Shown piece after piece: positions 1 to 16,399 of a stretch of DNA of 64,000 bases (position 1 is its first letter; every line of letters begins with the position of its first letter). Below the pieces are notes generated by a model. It saw only the letters and a list, made by a program, of their open reading frames with translations. It did no database searches and was not told the origin of the DNA. The position numbers and the translations under genes were made by a program. The DNA is taken from the NCBI GenBank assembly GCA_009103225.1, contig RHPI01001202.1, positions 526,487 through 590,486 of the forward strand. The letters are read 5' to 3'. The stretch comes from Chlorokybus atmophyticus (taxonomy: Eukaryota; Plantae; Mesostigma and Chlorokybus algae).

Positions 1-102
1 AGTCAGTCTGTTGCTATGACATTGACAGTAGTACTGGTGGCATCGCCAATGTTGTTGCAGCATTTGCGTCATGTCGGTCACTAAACAGGACTGTCGATGC
101 AG

Positions 103-988
103 TGGCGGTCTGTTCCCTGCTGGTGTTGAGATAGCGCGCATGTGGTAAGCAAGCCTGCATGTGTTGGTGAGCTGCTTTCTTGTCAGGTCACAATTCGAGA
201 TTGTGTTGTTAACAGCAGCCATGTTAATTTACAGGCTAGATGTAGGTGACATTGTCTTCATTGCTGACAACATGGGGATCAGAGATTCCTACCAAGCTGA
301 CGGCACAGCTATTGCTACCAAGGAACCTCTTGCAGTGCTGGTATGTTGTTTTGGAGATTGGGATGCCTGCCCATGCGTATCTGTGTGTGCGAGCGCAAGC
401 CTGCTTATGCACTGCCTTACCTCAGCGCCATTTTCGCCATGCACAGGTGAACAAAGGCACCGCAAGCGCCAGTGAGATCCTGGCCGGCGCTCTGAAAGAC
501 AACAAAAGAGCAGTCATCTTGGGAGACAAAACCTTTGGCAAAGGGTACGGTAGAATGCTGATGCCTACATTGAAGACATGAAAGCCTCTGCTGTCATGTG
601 TCATATGACATGTGCGCACCTGGTTGTAACGATTACCATGTTTAGGTTAATACAGTCGGTGTTTGAGCTATCCGACGGCTCCGGACTGGCTGTGACGGTG
701 GCGAGATACGAAACCCCAGCGCACATCAACATCAACAAGGTGCAGCACGTTGTGCGCAGCAGGTTGTTGTTTGCCGCTAGTGTGCGCCATGCACGCAGCT
801 GACGCATGCGCTTTGCTCTACAGGTGGGTGTTGCTCCAGATGCGCCGCTGCCTGGAAGCTATCCAATGACGGGCCCGACAGACTTCTGCGAAGCCATGCG
901 CACCGACCTCGGCAAGCAACTCTTAGCTGACCTGAAGTCTCCCGAAGATGTGCCTGCGCTGGTGCTGGCCAAAACAGTGATGGAATAA
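103..988 (+). CDS. ctpA: C-terminal processing peptidase (S41A, PSII D1-processing type), 5' end outside window; exons 103-144, 235-340, 447-544, 646-739, 824-988
   Basis: Spliced translation [73 protein letters not shown], including the catalytic Ser/Lys motifs; GT-AG introns with compatible phases. Confidence 0.95.
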
Positions 989-2638
989 CCTGCTGAGGAA
1001 GTTCTCTTGCAAGAGAAAAGTTTGCTGCAGTCGTATAGTTGTACTTGTTACTAACAATCCATCTTTGCACACAGGCTGTAACATGTGCACTCACTAGGCA
1101 CTTCATTAGGCAGGTAGGATCGCATCACATGGTGCTAGATGTTGTACCCCTATTAGGTCGATCGGCAGTGTAAATGATTCTGCCCTAGCCCAGACATGTG
1201 TGCATGGCTTCATGCAGTCGCGATCTCCAGTACAGATCAAGCACTGTGCCATGCATCACCAAATCCAGTTGGTGAAGGAGCCATCTTGCACACGTGGCAG
1301 TTTGGCGTGGAGTGAAGCAAGCACCCAATGTACAGCGGTCCTAGAGTCCTAGAACGTTCTTTGGACCCCTCAGCACCCCATGTGCGGTGCTGAGGGGTCC
1401 AGCGCATGGTTGTTGCCTTTGCCATTGCTGCTGGTGACTGCCACTGCCGAACAGTCATTTGGCCGCCACTGTTCACTCAACTGACTGACCCCGCTACTAT
1501 TGCTGTTACTGTGCGCGCGTATGCTATGCATTGCATTAGCACGAAATCAAGGCATTATTTTTTCACATATACATATGATGGCGGCGCCATAACCGCAGTT
1601 GCAGCGCAGAAGTTGGACGGGGGCCAAGGCGTCGGTCTTGGTGTGTATGTCGCTGCTGTTGAAGTCCGGGCCTGACCTCTTCCCGCTCTCTCCTGCGCTC
1701 TTCAGGGTACATCCCCTTGTTGTTGGTTGCCCATGCTCTCTCCTGCTGCTGCTTGAGGGTTGTTCTAGCGGTCCTAGCTGTCCTAGTGGTTGTAGCAGTC
1801 TTGGTTGGTGATAGCTAAGTGAATTCTGCCTTGGCCCCCATGCAAATTGAGTGCTCTGCTGTTGGTTGCCGTTTACACACTCCTTGCTTGCTTACTGTGG
1901 CGCCAAGGAACTCTGGAGGTTGCTGAAACGCAGCTCTACTGTCGGTTATGTGTGTAGATGTGTTTCAGAGTGTACAAAAGATGCAAGAGGGAGTTCTACA
2001 CAAGGTTAAGCAAGCAAGAACTGCAACTGCGGCAGCTTTGGTTGAGACAACACAATAAACAGGTATAGGATTTCAGGTTCAACCTTTGTACATATAGAAC
2101 TCATTGCCTTGCAAAGCACATACAGCAGTGTACAAGAGGGAAATGTTTTGACTTTCTTGTGTATTCGTGTGATCGATGTGAGTGGAGTTGTATTACAAGA
2201 GATGCAAGAGGGAAATGTACAAGACATGATGCAAGGCCCCAAAGTGACACTCACGAGTGCAAATACGTGCATATCTCTTGATCTCAGTGTGACGTGCACT
2301 GCACAAACTTTTACTCGATTTTACATATGCGCCAGCACATGGCATCCCAAACAGGCTAACTGGATGCCATCTCAGATCATCAGAGCAGGCAGATGTTTCG
2401 CTCACAGTGCAAAGTGGTAAAACCGCCACACGTTACATGTTACATTTGTGAGTAGCGAGTTGGTTACAGTCAAGACCATGGGTGGCAACCTTGCAAGCTC
2501 CAAGTACTGCAATGGCGCGTGTATCAGGCTAGACATATGCACATACCAATCTATGACTGCTGCATCCAAGGGCAATGCTAAGACCTAACAAAACTACGTA
2601 TACACACAAGCTGACGGCTGAATCAGTCAAAGCCTGTG

Positions 2639-6363
<3,725 letters not shown>

Positions 6364-6719
6364 TCCCCAATCTGACGCTCAAACGCAACACTGCCCCTCT
6401 CAAGTCCCCGCTCCTCCTCTTCCTCCTCCTCCTCCTTCTGCTGCCTGTGATTTCTCGTGCTCCTCTTTCCTGCCCTGTTTGGGTTCCCAACACCTGCTGC
6501 GTCTCACAGGGCGTAGCTGACTGCTAGTAATACTACTGCTGGTAAGACCCTCACAGCACCACAGCGCAGCGAAGGCAACAGAGAGCGCTTCACCCCGGCG
6601 CAGGCGGCGGCGGCGACCACAGTGAGGTGAGCACTTACGTTTCTGACCGTCGACGTGTTGCAAGCATTTAATTGTTAGGGCTTTTCCCGCAAAGTACCAA
6701 TGGCAGTATAGTCTAACCT

Positions 6720-7125
6720 CGCTAAGTGCATATCCGCCTTTAGTGCATAAATCTGGCCGTCACCGACGTCTTCAGGGCTAACACCTGTGCTTTGAGAGCG
6801 CATGCTTTCATCGGAGTGCAGTTGATGAGATGCCTAACCTTTGATGTGTCTATGCACTTATCAAGGTAGATTACACTTAAATTACAGATATACCATACAA
6901 TCTGCGTACCGGTATATATGAAGTACGGTTTTAAACATAACCACGTGTCTCAAGATTAGGGTTCTTCAATAAGTGCTTAAAATATGCACGTAAGCCAAGC
7001 CCAAGTGCATAATATATGCACTTAAATGGTGCACAATCCATGCACTTTACGAGTGTGCGAAAACGCATAAGCATAAGCGCATACACATGCCCGTTTTTTA
7101 AAGGTCTGCACTTATCAAGGTTGGA
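6720..7125. repeat. Cluster of TGCACTTA/TAAGTGCA-like motifs in both orientations upstream of FTSH4, including the hairpin aagtgcata-ata-tatgcactt (7003-7023)
   Basis: About 10 near-copies visible (near 6724, 6741, 6852, 6872, 6971, 7002, 7016, 7041, 7107); tgcacttatcaagg occurs directly repeated near 6853 and 7108. Confidence 0.5.
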
Positions 7126-7706
7126 CTGCAGCTAAGCCGTAGCTAACCAATACGAAGCTTGTGACTAGAATAGACTCATTGAACAATGGTATTAAATTTG
7201 CAATATTGCTGATTGTAACATTTACATGCCGGCTGCCATGCATGCAGCCCATCGATACATGTGTGTTCAGCTGTGTGTCGTCATTGTCGTCGTCGTCAAT
7301 TAACGCCGCCCATGCTGCCGCTGCTTGCACTTACTTTGCATTGGGCCTCTAGCGAGCCGTCTGGTGCATATGGTGCTGTACTTTATTGTCGTTTTGTTGG
7401 CTTGGTTTTGGTGTGCAAATGCTTCCATCAGGTTCGCATGTGTGGCACAGCCTATTAGTTAAATGCACTTCTCATGATAACCTCTACCTCCCTCCCTTCT
7501 GATTGCAACCTTTATTTCTGCTTTTATTCGTGCTTCTGGAGGCCCTAACTAGTAATTAGGCAAAGTCCATTTCTCACGGTGTACTGCTGTATTTCGTCAA
7601 AATACAGCCCCCTTTTACGACACCCCGTATTCATTTTCCGGGGGGGAAGGGGAGGGCGGGGCCCGGTGCAAACCTGCGGCAGGGCGACGTGTTGCTCGGC
7701 GCTTTT

Positions 7707-7750
7707 NNNNNNNNNNNNNNNNNNNNNNNNNNNNNNNNNNNNNNNNNNNN
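7707..7750. other. Assembly gap (N run) followed by poly-G
   Basis: Run of N. Confidence 1.
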
Positions 7751-9089
7751 GGGGGGGGGGGGGGGGCTTTGTTTGTAAGGGGGGTTTATATTTGACGAAA
7801 TATGGTACATCTTGCCTGCCTGCCTACTCGTCTACTCCACTTGCATGCACATACGAATTAACACCCTAGGTTTGTTGGACTTATGGTTTGCTGCTAATTG
7901 CTTGCTCCACGTGCTAGCTTGCTGTGATGTGTACTTTGTGTATGTGCTTTATGTTTTTTTTTTATCATAGTGCTTGACATGACAGTACATCACAGTGGAC
8001 AAAATTGTGGGCACTGGCCAGCCTGCATTTACCGGCGGGATTTCATTTGACATAAGTGTATAAAAGATGGTACCCTAGATTAATAGCATGCAAAGTGTCA
8101 CACACATGCCATGTCATGCATAGTGGCAAACGCATGCCACACGCAAGTTCATCACGCACACTTCATACTATTAGCTCACCACCGGGCTGTCTACAACACT
8201 CCCTAACACGCTATCCAGCTACCCCGTGTCATAGCAGCATGCATGTCAGCCAATCACCTGCACGTGGCGCAGATGTACATAAATCTCCCAAACTATTCTA
8301 GACATGCAATGTGTACAGAAGATGCGAAAGGCAGAGATGAGTACATGCCAACCTACGTGCACATGCAACGCTACCAACATTACAGCCACTCACCAACTTG
8401 ACCACCGGACTGAGGCATGCGCCTGCTATCTGTCAACTACTACTAGACCAAATCCCTACTGCCCCCCTGTTAGACATGCATGCACACAGCAATGGTAGTC
8501 ACCTGCGCATGCGCCTTGGTTAGCGGTCTTGTGCAGCAGCGGACACAACAGCAGCCACAGGTAGACGTGGACCCCCCCTCCCTATCTCCCTCACCCACAC
8601 CCTCGCCGCCCTCCTTCCCTGTCGTCTTTGCCGTTGGCAATCACGATTTGGGTTACATACCACGGCGTGCAATGGCATGCGTCAACTCCCTGTGTGTTGA
8701 CACGTTGTCGCTGTGTATAATATAGTATGCAAGGATTGTGTAAAAGTTGAATTACTTGCGTCACACATACCATTGTCTGCCACCCATTGCACTTGTTTTG
8801 TTCGCACTTGCAAGAAGCACTCGCAACTAATATGGTGGGAACTTGCATGCAGAGTGTGGGCTGCAGCCAAGCGCTGCGAAAGGGTGTTACAGGCAATCCA
8901 TGAATTACCTAGTCAGCAAGCCATGAAACTTCAGCCGGCACAGTTGGTTGACAAGGGATAAACGCAACAGCATCGATAAGACTGTCATGCACGCGTGAGT
9001 TTGTGTGCAATTGATGTGCTGCAGTTCCAGTCACAGAGCACAAACAGCTGCGAAAGCACAACAACAGGTGACCAATTAGTCTGCTGCCG

Positions 9090-11277
9090 CTACAAAGTGC
9101 CAAATGCGCGGTCACCAGCATCTCCTAAGCCAGGAACAATGTACCTGGACATCAATTTACTAAGCGAACGCAAGTAAGCATGCATTCAACATATGTCATA
9201 TGGAAGCTACTTGTGAAAACTTACCCTTTGTCATTCAGCTTTTCATCTATGCAGCCGGTAAAGATTTTTAACCTGCGTGTGGATTGGAACATCATATGCA
9301 GCTGCAACTGCGCGTGATATCCAACAAAACAAGCTATAGACGAAGCAGCTTCAGCCAGAATCAGGCCTGCACACTCACCCTGGGAACAGCTCACTCATGC
9401 GGCTTAAAGCAGGAGTTGCGCACACTGCTGTCACCTGTCGCATCCCCGTATCGACATGAAAATGCCAGAGTCTTAAACAAATGCCATGCATACATGCCAG
9501 CAATGTCGTACCACTCGAATGTTGGACACGGAGGCACCTCGCCTGACAATCTCGTTAAGGGTTGCGACCATTGTGCCTCCTGAATGTTGTTGTGCAATGC
9601 AGGTTATGCTTTGTCGACAAGACACACATAATACACATTATCACCACAACGCGTATGTACCTGTTGCGAGCATGGGATCGCAAACAAGGATCTTCTGACT
9701 GCTCCCAAAAGACTTTGGCAGCCTGTCGAAGGCTATGTTGTAAGGCCAAACTCGGTGAGTTGCCATGCGAGACTGACTACTTGTGCTTACTTGTCCAAGT
9801 ACATGCTGGGCTGCAGAGTTTCCTCATTGCGCACAAACCCTGTTCATGACAAATTGAGCTCAGCACAGGGGTAGTAGGCCTGCTTGTTGACACCAATGAA
9901 GGTACATCTATGTAACACTCACCAACATGATAAGTTGCAGATGCTGGCAGCAGCGTGGACGCCTGCTCCAGCAATATGATACCTGCCCTTAAAATTGGCA
10001 CCACCTGCAAACGCCAAACCAATTGAGGGGAGCCGGACTGCATACACGACCATGCATAGAGAGTGTGGGCCTATGCATCAGAAGAGAAAGAGCTCAAAAC
10101 TTGATACTTGCCACGATAGGATCCTCAGGATTGACTGTAGAAACATTAGCAATGCCGCAAGGTGTCTCCACCTGACCTTCAATCATGCCCTGTGTGATGC
10201 AGGAGTCAAGCAACCACACGACTGCGTGGGAAACCACAGCTGGATATCACGCAGAATCAACAAACAGCAACTCCAGTACCAGCCAGTCTCGTGTTGCCTC
10301 GTACACAAGTAATCTGCCGAGCTCTGACAGTGCATTCCCTACATACAACGCAGCCATTACTCCTTTTGCTGGCTCAGATTAATCCACCGAAGCATTTGTG
10401 TTGTTCTATGGCAAGGCATGGCACCCATGCCGGGTGTTATGAAACGTGCAAACAACCTGTAAGGACAGGCATCACAACTGTCTCCGCTGACTGGTTGTAC
10501 CAAGCCTAATTTCAGCCAATGAATAGCGGGATTGCATTGCAAGATCCAAGCAACTACACGACACGTCAAGTGCTGTAACACAGTTGCTCAGTTGACAAAA
10601 CTGGCGCTACTCACTTACTGAACATTGGAGGAGGCGCATACTTGTTCCTGATCACCGCTAGCCAGTGCTGGATCAGCGGGTGAGGCGGTACGTATATCTG
10701 CCACCATGTCGGTTAAAATTCGAACACAGCTGCCAAGCTTAACGGCTGTTACAAGGATTTCGTACTATTGCGTTTGTGGGTATGACAACTAGCAACCATA
10801 CGCTGAACGTCGTAAACGTCGTTTACTGATGGCCAGGCCACAAAAGTGAAGTTGCTACAAAAAACAGTGCAGTCACTCTTGCAGTTGTGTAAATCAACGA
10901 GTACTACACATCAGCACACGCTCACTTCCAGACTCAACAACCAACCTATTATCCCAATTGACCATTTTCGCTCTCTTACTCACGAGCATTTGAGACGTCT
11001 TGGGCGCTGCCGCAGCCGAGGCTCGGCATGTCTGTGGCACGGGAGCAGCTCGGCTGGTGGAAGGCGGGGCAGCTTTCGCATGGTGGCGGCGGAGGCGAGG
11101 CGGCAGTGCAGGACGCAAGGAAGCACAAGCAGCTTGTCCCAGTCCAGCGAGCGGACGTGGCCTGCTGATGTTCATGCGCGCATCAGCAGGAAGCACAGCT
11201 GGCGATAGCTTATCCTCAAGCAGCCGTGCATGGCGCACTGCATGACCAGCGCACGCCGCCGCCGCCGCTGCCGCCAT
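9090..11277 (-). CDS. UPP: Plastid-targeted uracil phosphoribosyltransferase, about 309 aa; exons 11277-10984, 10697-10619, 10338-10280, 10189-10112, 10004-9923, 9839-9791, 9722-9661, 9579-9512, 9434-9379, 9272-9225, 9144-9090
   Basis: Spliced translation QMLIYVPPHPLIQHW..NALSELGRLLVYEA..VVPILRAG..ILVCDPMLATGGT..YIVPGLGDAGDRAFGT; Ala/Arg/Ser-rich transit-peptide-like exon 1; intron 4 is GC-AG. Confidence 0.96.
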
Positions 11278-11923
11278 CAGCGTTGTTTATTGCGGTGTTT
11301 AAGCAGCACTCTGCCGTTATGGCTATCTCTGCAATATAGAACTTGTCGCTCGTTTAAGCAGGCCGAGGCTTTGCTGCAGCACGCGCGGGAAACACGCAAC
11401 TGGCGCCGACTGTCGGCTAAGGCGCTTTGTTTGTTGACTGCCACAACCACCGCCACCTCTAGCCTACAAGGGCTCCAATCTACGTGGGCAGGCTGAGGGG
11501 AGCAGCGGGCTTCACCTGCAGCAGAGGAGAGGAGTGTACGCCAGTTGTGTTTGTTTACTCTGAGCGCACGTTGTATATATAAGAGCGTGAAGCGCAACAT
11601 GATTTGTTAACATGTTTAGTACAAATTATAGCTTCATAATTGCATCGATAGCATGCTACGATTATGTTATTTTACACGATTACATCACGTACAACATAAA
11701 GGCAAGTTTCCCTTGGCATATGGCAATGAAAGAAGGCTCACACAAATTTGCTTCGCTCTTCTCACAAAGTTCTACTTATACATACAATCCCTGACCTGAT
11801 GCCTATACACCTCTGCTGCGCAAGTGGTGCTGAAATCCTTCCTTGCCTGAATCTGCCCTGCCCTGCTAGTCTTTTGTGTCGTTGGGTCTAATCTGTCTAG
11901 TACGCTGTGCTCTGCCCCCCCCN

Positions 11924-12213
11924 GTGCTGTTACATTAGAGATACTGTATAAAGGCTGCTGCCTGGTGGCAGGAGACTATTGCTATATGAGTAATCTGACA
12001 AACATGTACATGCTTCACTTGCGTCAAGTACAAGCAACATGGTGACTGCACCATCGCATGAACTTAGAGAATTGGAATTTACAGCAGAGTTGTGACCAGT
12101 GTTCAGTCAGACTCCAACGTTAATGGACACACGCTTGTCAGGAAAGATTGAGTATAATGTCTAGGCAGTGTTGTTCTGCAACTGTATGCTCGAAGCTGCC
12201 GCGACACGCATGC
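11924..12213 (+). repeat. 290-bp copy of 23017-23306, flanked by a single N and poly-C (probable assembly artefact)
   Basis: Both copies read identical base by base by eye; N at 11923. Confidence 0.85.
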
Positions 12214-12839
12214 CCCCCCCCCTCCCGCCCCCAATCGTTTGCTGCTGTGTAATGAGATTGACCTGGTTGGTGTGCTTCGCAACTATTGCCTTGCACATTT
12301 CCTGCATTCTAGCACTTTATACAATACACGCGCATCATGTGAGTGACATGCATATTGCACGCATGCTTAACACGTAGCCATATAGCACGCATGCTGAACT
12401 CGTATCTATGGCAAAACATATCTACTAGCTTTTATTTATACTAAGTACAGCATCTGAAGTATGTATAAGACAAAGTAAAATAAACATCTCTACTATTAGT
12501 TACATACAAGCGTCCGCTGTCAGTGATGTTAAGATAACCCCCTTCCCCCGCAGGAGGGGGGGGGGGGNGGGGGGGTGTTGAATGTAACGCGAAGGTACCC
12601 GAAAAGACCAAGTCTTTGCGCAAACCCTAACGCCGATGTCATGCACTATGGTGTGACCGGGGGTCACAATTCTAGCCACAAGTGGTAATTGCGGTTTTTT
12701 ACACCGCGTTACGTCGCGGTTAGCTAACAGCAACCGCAGCTAGCCGCTAACATGTACAGGATATGCTCGAGGCAGGTATGTACATGCATTGTGCAGAAGC
12801 ACATAAGCGCACACACAAACAGCATGCAAGCCTGATCAT

Positions 12840-12935
12840 ATGCCACCACCGGGCTAAGATGTTCTGCTTGTTGCTACCTAACACGCTACACGCTACCCTA
12901 GACCTCCCCATTAAACATGCATACTTGCATGTTGG
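12840..12935. repeat. Short dispersed repeat (accaccgggct...ctacc...cccattagacatgcat type); related copies near 8175-8225, 8400-8480 and 54025-54095
   Basis: Shared core accaccgg(g/a)ct and end motif tta(g/a)acatgcat in intergenic regions. Confidence 0.45.
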
Positions 12936-13577
12936 TGTCCATTACCTGCACAACAGGCAGCATGGCAGCGTCAACAACGGTCTTCAGAGGCTGTAGCGAA
13001 GCAGCAGCAGCAAAGCAGCATATGCAGCATGCCCATATATCTCCTTCTCTCCCCCTTTCTCTGTGTACATGCGTAGCTGCATACCCAATACACATATTGT
13101 TGGTTGCTCACACGCCTTGCATATTCTATGCATGCGCAATTGCACGCCACAGTGTATGTACAAGATGCTGCGGGTATGTGATCAAGGCTTAACAACAAGC
13201 ACGCAAGCATAGAAGCAAAGATGCAAGAGGCTAGCCCAAATCGCATGCACATGCACAACCCATGCACCATATGCAAAAGCAGAGACAGTGTTACAAGTTG
13301 CAATCCCAGCACACTACATAGGGAAGACTGTGCACTATTGCTCACATACACTTACAAGCTATAACACTAATGCTGGTGCAACAGTAACAATGTCAGCGCC
13401 CTTGCCAAGGCAAGCTCAGCTCAATGTGTGATCTTGGGAACGTGAACTTGTTACTAAACACAGGCTACCCACCATTACCGAATACTCTGTGTGCATTGGC
13501 ATAGCGCCAATGTGAATCTGCTGTACACTTACTACATGAAGGTCACAGCCTCTGGAGGACTGGACATTGATCGCTGA

Positions 13578-15774
13578 TCACGTGCTGGCTTCGCTGGCAC
13601 CAATGCTGCGATTTCGTTTGTGCAGATGTTCTAGTGACGCCACACGTTGCATGGATGGCGTCCTGGCCATCTTGTTGCTCAGTGTCTGCTGCATCTGTTG
13701 TGATGTAAGGTGGGGCATTGATGCAGGTGCATCATCAAGTGCACTTAAATCCAGTGGCACTCGCAGGCCAGCAGCTGCGGCTGCCTTGACCAGCTCTTGA
13801 GCCATCTTGACCTGTAGAAATGGCAAGCCATCAGCTGCAAGCTCACTCTCAACCAGACTGCTTGGACTAAATATCAACCATGCAGTTCATGATGCAGTTG
13901 CTTATCAAACCTGAGCACGCAGGGCTTCAACGTCAGAGCGAAGGGCCCTGTTGTCCATAATGGCATCGCTGTAGCGCTGCCCAATATCTGACAGCCGTTT
14001 CAGCAACGTGCTGTTTTCAACGCGCAATTGTGCAACCTGCAAGTTACAAGGACCACAAGGAAGACTGAGGATTCAGTCATTGGCAGCAACTTGCGTCCAA
14101 GACAGGCTAACTTTTCAACTAGACAACCCAAGGGTAATCTGGCAAAAGAAATGCAACCCCTCACCTGCAGCTCCAAGTCAGAGAGGTGTGCTTGCTTTCG
14201 CCTTCGAGATCTTCTAGCGGACTCTCTGTTGGACAGCATCCTGCATTGGCCAGTAAGTAAGCGATTATCAGTCAGCAGTGCATCATTTCAACAGCCACAA
14301 ACACCCACCTTCTCATCCTTTTTATGTCTTCCGGATTTTTTTGCTGATCCGACTTTATGCCACCTTTCATGTCGTCTTCACCATCTTCGTCACTCGTTTC
14401 GGATCCAGAGCCACCAGCAGATGCTGAACCCCCTGTGTGTCCAGTTGACGATGGTGCAGCAATGCTGCCTGGACGTGGCGGAAGTGCTGGGATGCCCACC
14501 GGTGATTGGCTCCCCAGCATCAAGAGAGACGCTGCAAACACACTGACGTTGGATCTAGTTATATGTTACTCACTGTAGCTCAAGTCCCATAGACTGAATT
14601 GTGACGATGGGGGGCACTGTACGTCATGACAGGTAAGCGATTCTCTCAGCATTCCACGACGTATACACCCTCACCTGGAGGCTGTGATGCGCTGGTTTGG
14701 GCGGAAGCTGCAAACATCATGGCAGCATGTGAGGTAGTCGAGTCTGAATTAGCTGTAGACAGCTGCGCTCGACTGAAGGGTGCAATCTCTGGAAAGTGCG
14801 TTGGCGGTGGCAGGTTACCAAAGTTGACCGGCTTTGTAGACCGAGCAACGGATGTACTAGGTGCTGGAGTTTGTGCTGCTGCTGAAACCTGCACAGGACA
14901 AGCCCTGAGGACGCATTCCAACCCCTACTGTCTCTCCGTTGTATTTAACAAACTTGCAGTGCTAACTTGCGCGCTAATGCACACTTTACAGTACGTAGCG
15001 GTTGCGACAGAAAAACGCAATCTTCACAACCGACTTATGTGAACCAAACGGTCTGGGAAACTGTCAAGGTGTCAAGGTGCTCCAGCCTGTCTGGTAAAGC
15101 TATCACTTGAGTTGTGTGTGTACTTTGTGTTGTGCTGTGTTGGGTTGTACCAACTACACAGTTTTGTATACTTCATACGAACAGAACACTAAAGCAGCGT
15201 TAAACCTGGCAACGCTGTTAGCTTGTGAACTAGCTTATGCTGTATACATTGAGCTGGTGAAACACCACACACAGCCTGTGACTGCAATGCAACGTGAAGA
15301 CCAATAAGTTGGCGCAAGCGCAATTGTGTAAAGGTTTACCCTGGTGGCTGCCATGGCGCACGCCATAGCGAGGTTTGAGCGAAGGACCTCGTGAGTGCGA
15401 AGCACCTCGTCAGCGTTGTGATTCACTGCGTGAATGGCGAGGGAAGAGTGGGTGCTGTTGTGGTTTGCGAGCATAGAGTGCTGCTGTTGAGGTTGATCCA
15501 CCTGCTGCTCCTGCTCCTCCTCCTGCTGAGAAGGCGTCGCAGCAGCTGCTGCTTCTGTGGAGTTTTCCGGTATACTTGCGAGAGCATGCTGGCGGAAAAA
15601 CTCCTGCACAGCCCACTCGGACGCCGTCCTGGGCATGCCTGGCCGGCCGCTTGCCGTCGCACCAGGGCTGCCATCAATGCCAGGCTTGTTATCGTCCGCT
15701 GGACCTGAAGGACCGTCCGTATCCAGCTTCCAGAACGTCCCCAGGATGTCGTCTACGCTGTAAACCCTGTTCAT
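13578..15774 (-). CDS. Group C bZIP transcription factor (bZIP63/RISBZ1/OHP-like), about 435 aa; exons 15774-15340, 14888-14675, 14531-14309, 14240-14165, 14036-13911, 13811-13578
   Basis: N-terminal [27 protein letters not shown], basic region [24 protein letters not shown], leucine zipper, C-terminal [17 protein letters not shown]; phases compatible. Confidence 0.93.
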
Positions 15775-16137
15775 GGTGACCGCCTCCGCCTCAACGCTCA
15801 CACCGTCCCCAAAACACTCGTTCTCCCCCGCCCGTCTCACATTCGGCCGAGACCAGACCAGACCAGACCAGACAGGCCTAGCCCAGCCCAGCCCAGCGCA
15901 GGCTAGAGCAAGAGCTGCCCCAGCCGCCCTGCCTCAGACACTCGTCCTCTCCTCCGTTCTCCCCCCTCTTTTACGCAAGCAACAGGCAAAAGTTGCTTGA
16001 GCGCCAGTGACCACAGACTCCCCTCAACAAGAAGTGTACTGTCTTCCAAACCGACCACGTCTCAGCCGACCAGCCCGACACCACAGGCAGCGCCGCCGAC
16101 GACGAGGACAACTCCACCGCCGAATTAGCAATCACGT

Positions 16138-16145
16138 TAGGGTTT
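16138..16145 (-). promoter_or_regulatory. Telo-box (AAACCCTA) upstream of the bZIP gene
   Basis: Exact 8-mer about 370 bp 5' of the ATG; function not shown. Confidence 0.35.
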
Positions 16146-16399
16146 CACAAACTTGCCCAACCCGTTCAATGTTTGATGCCCCGCAGCTTAACGCACTTGA
16201 CCGGTACTCATGTCGATGCCGCCGGTAAAGTTGTCAATACACGTTGCGAACTCGCGCTTTGTTTGACAGCTTGTGAGTCACATCATGTGACGCGGCCGAA
16301 AAGCAGTGAACACTTCCGAATTCACGCGTGTGACTGAGCTTGGCGCTCACAGGAACGCGGTCATCTTGCACTGTACGCGACTGCTGCTTGTCGAATGTG

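Noticed and set aside
1590-1700. Minus-strand SSDIHTKTDALAP, superficially like the Copia RNase H end (ADIFTKAL)
   Set aside because: No upstream RNase H motifs, PPT or LTR could be found.
1975-2240. Three short tacaag/atgcaagaggga repeats
   Set aside because: Short, low-complexity 3' intergenic repeats with no further structure.
12441-12623. Minus-strand ORF GYLNITDSGRLYVTNSRDVYF next to poly-G/N
   Set aside because: Spans an ambiguous homopolymer join; too short to assign and possibly junk.
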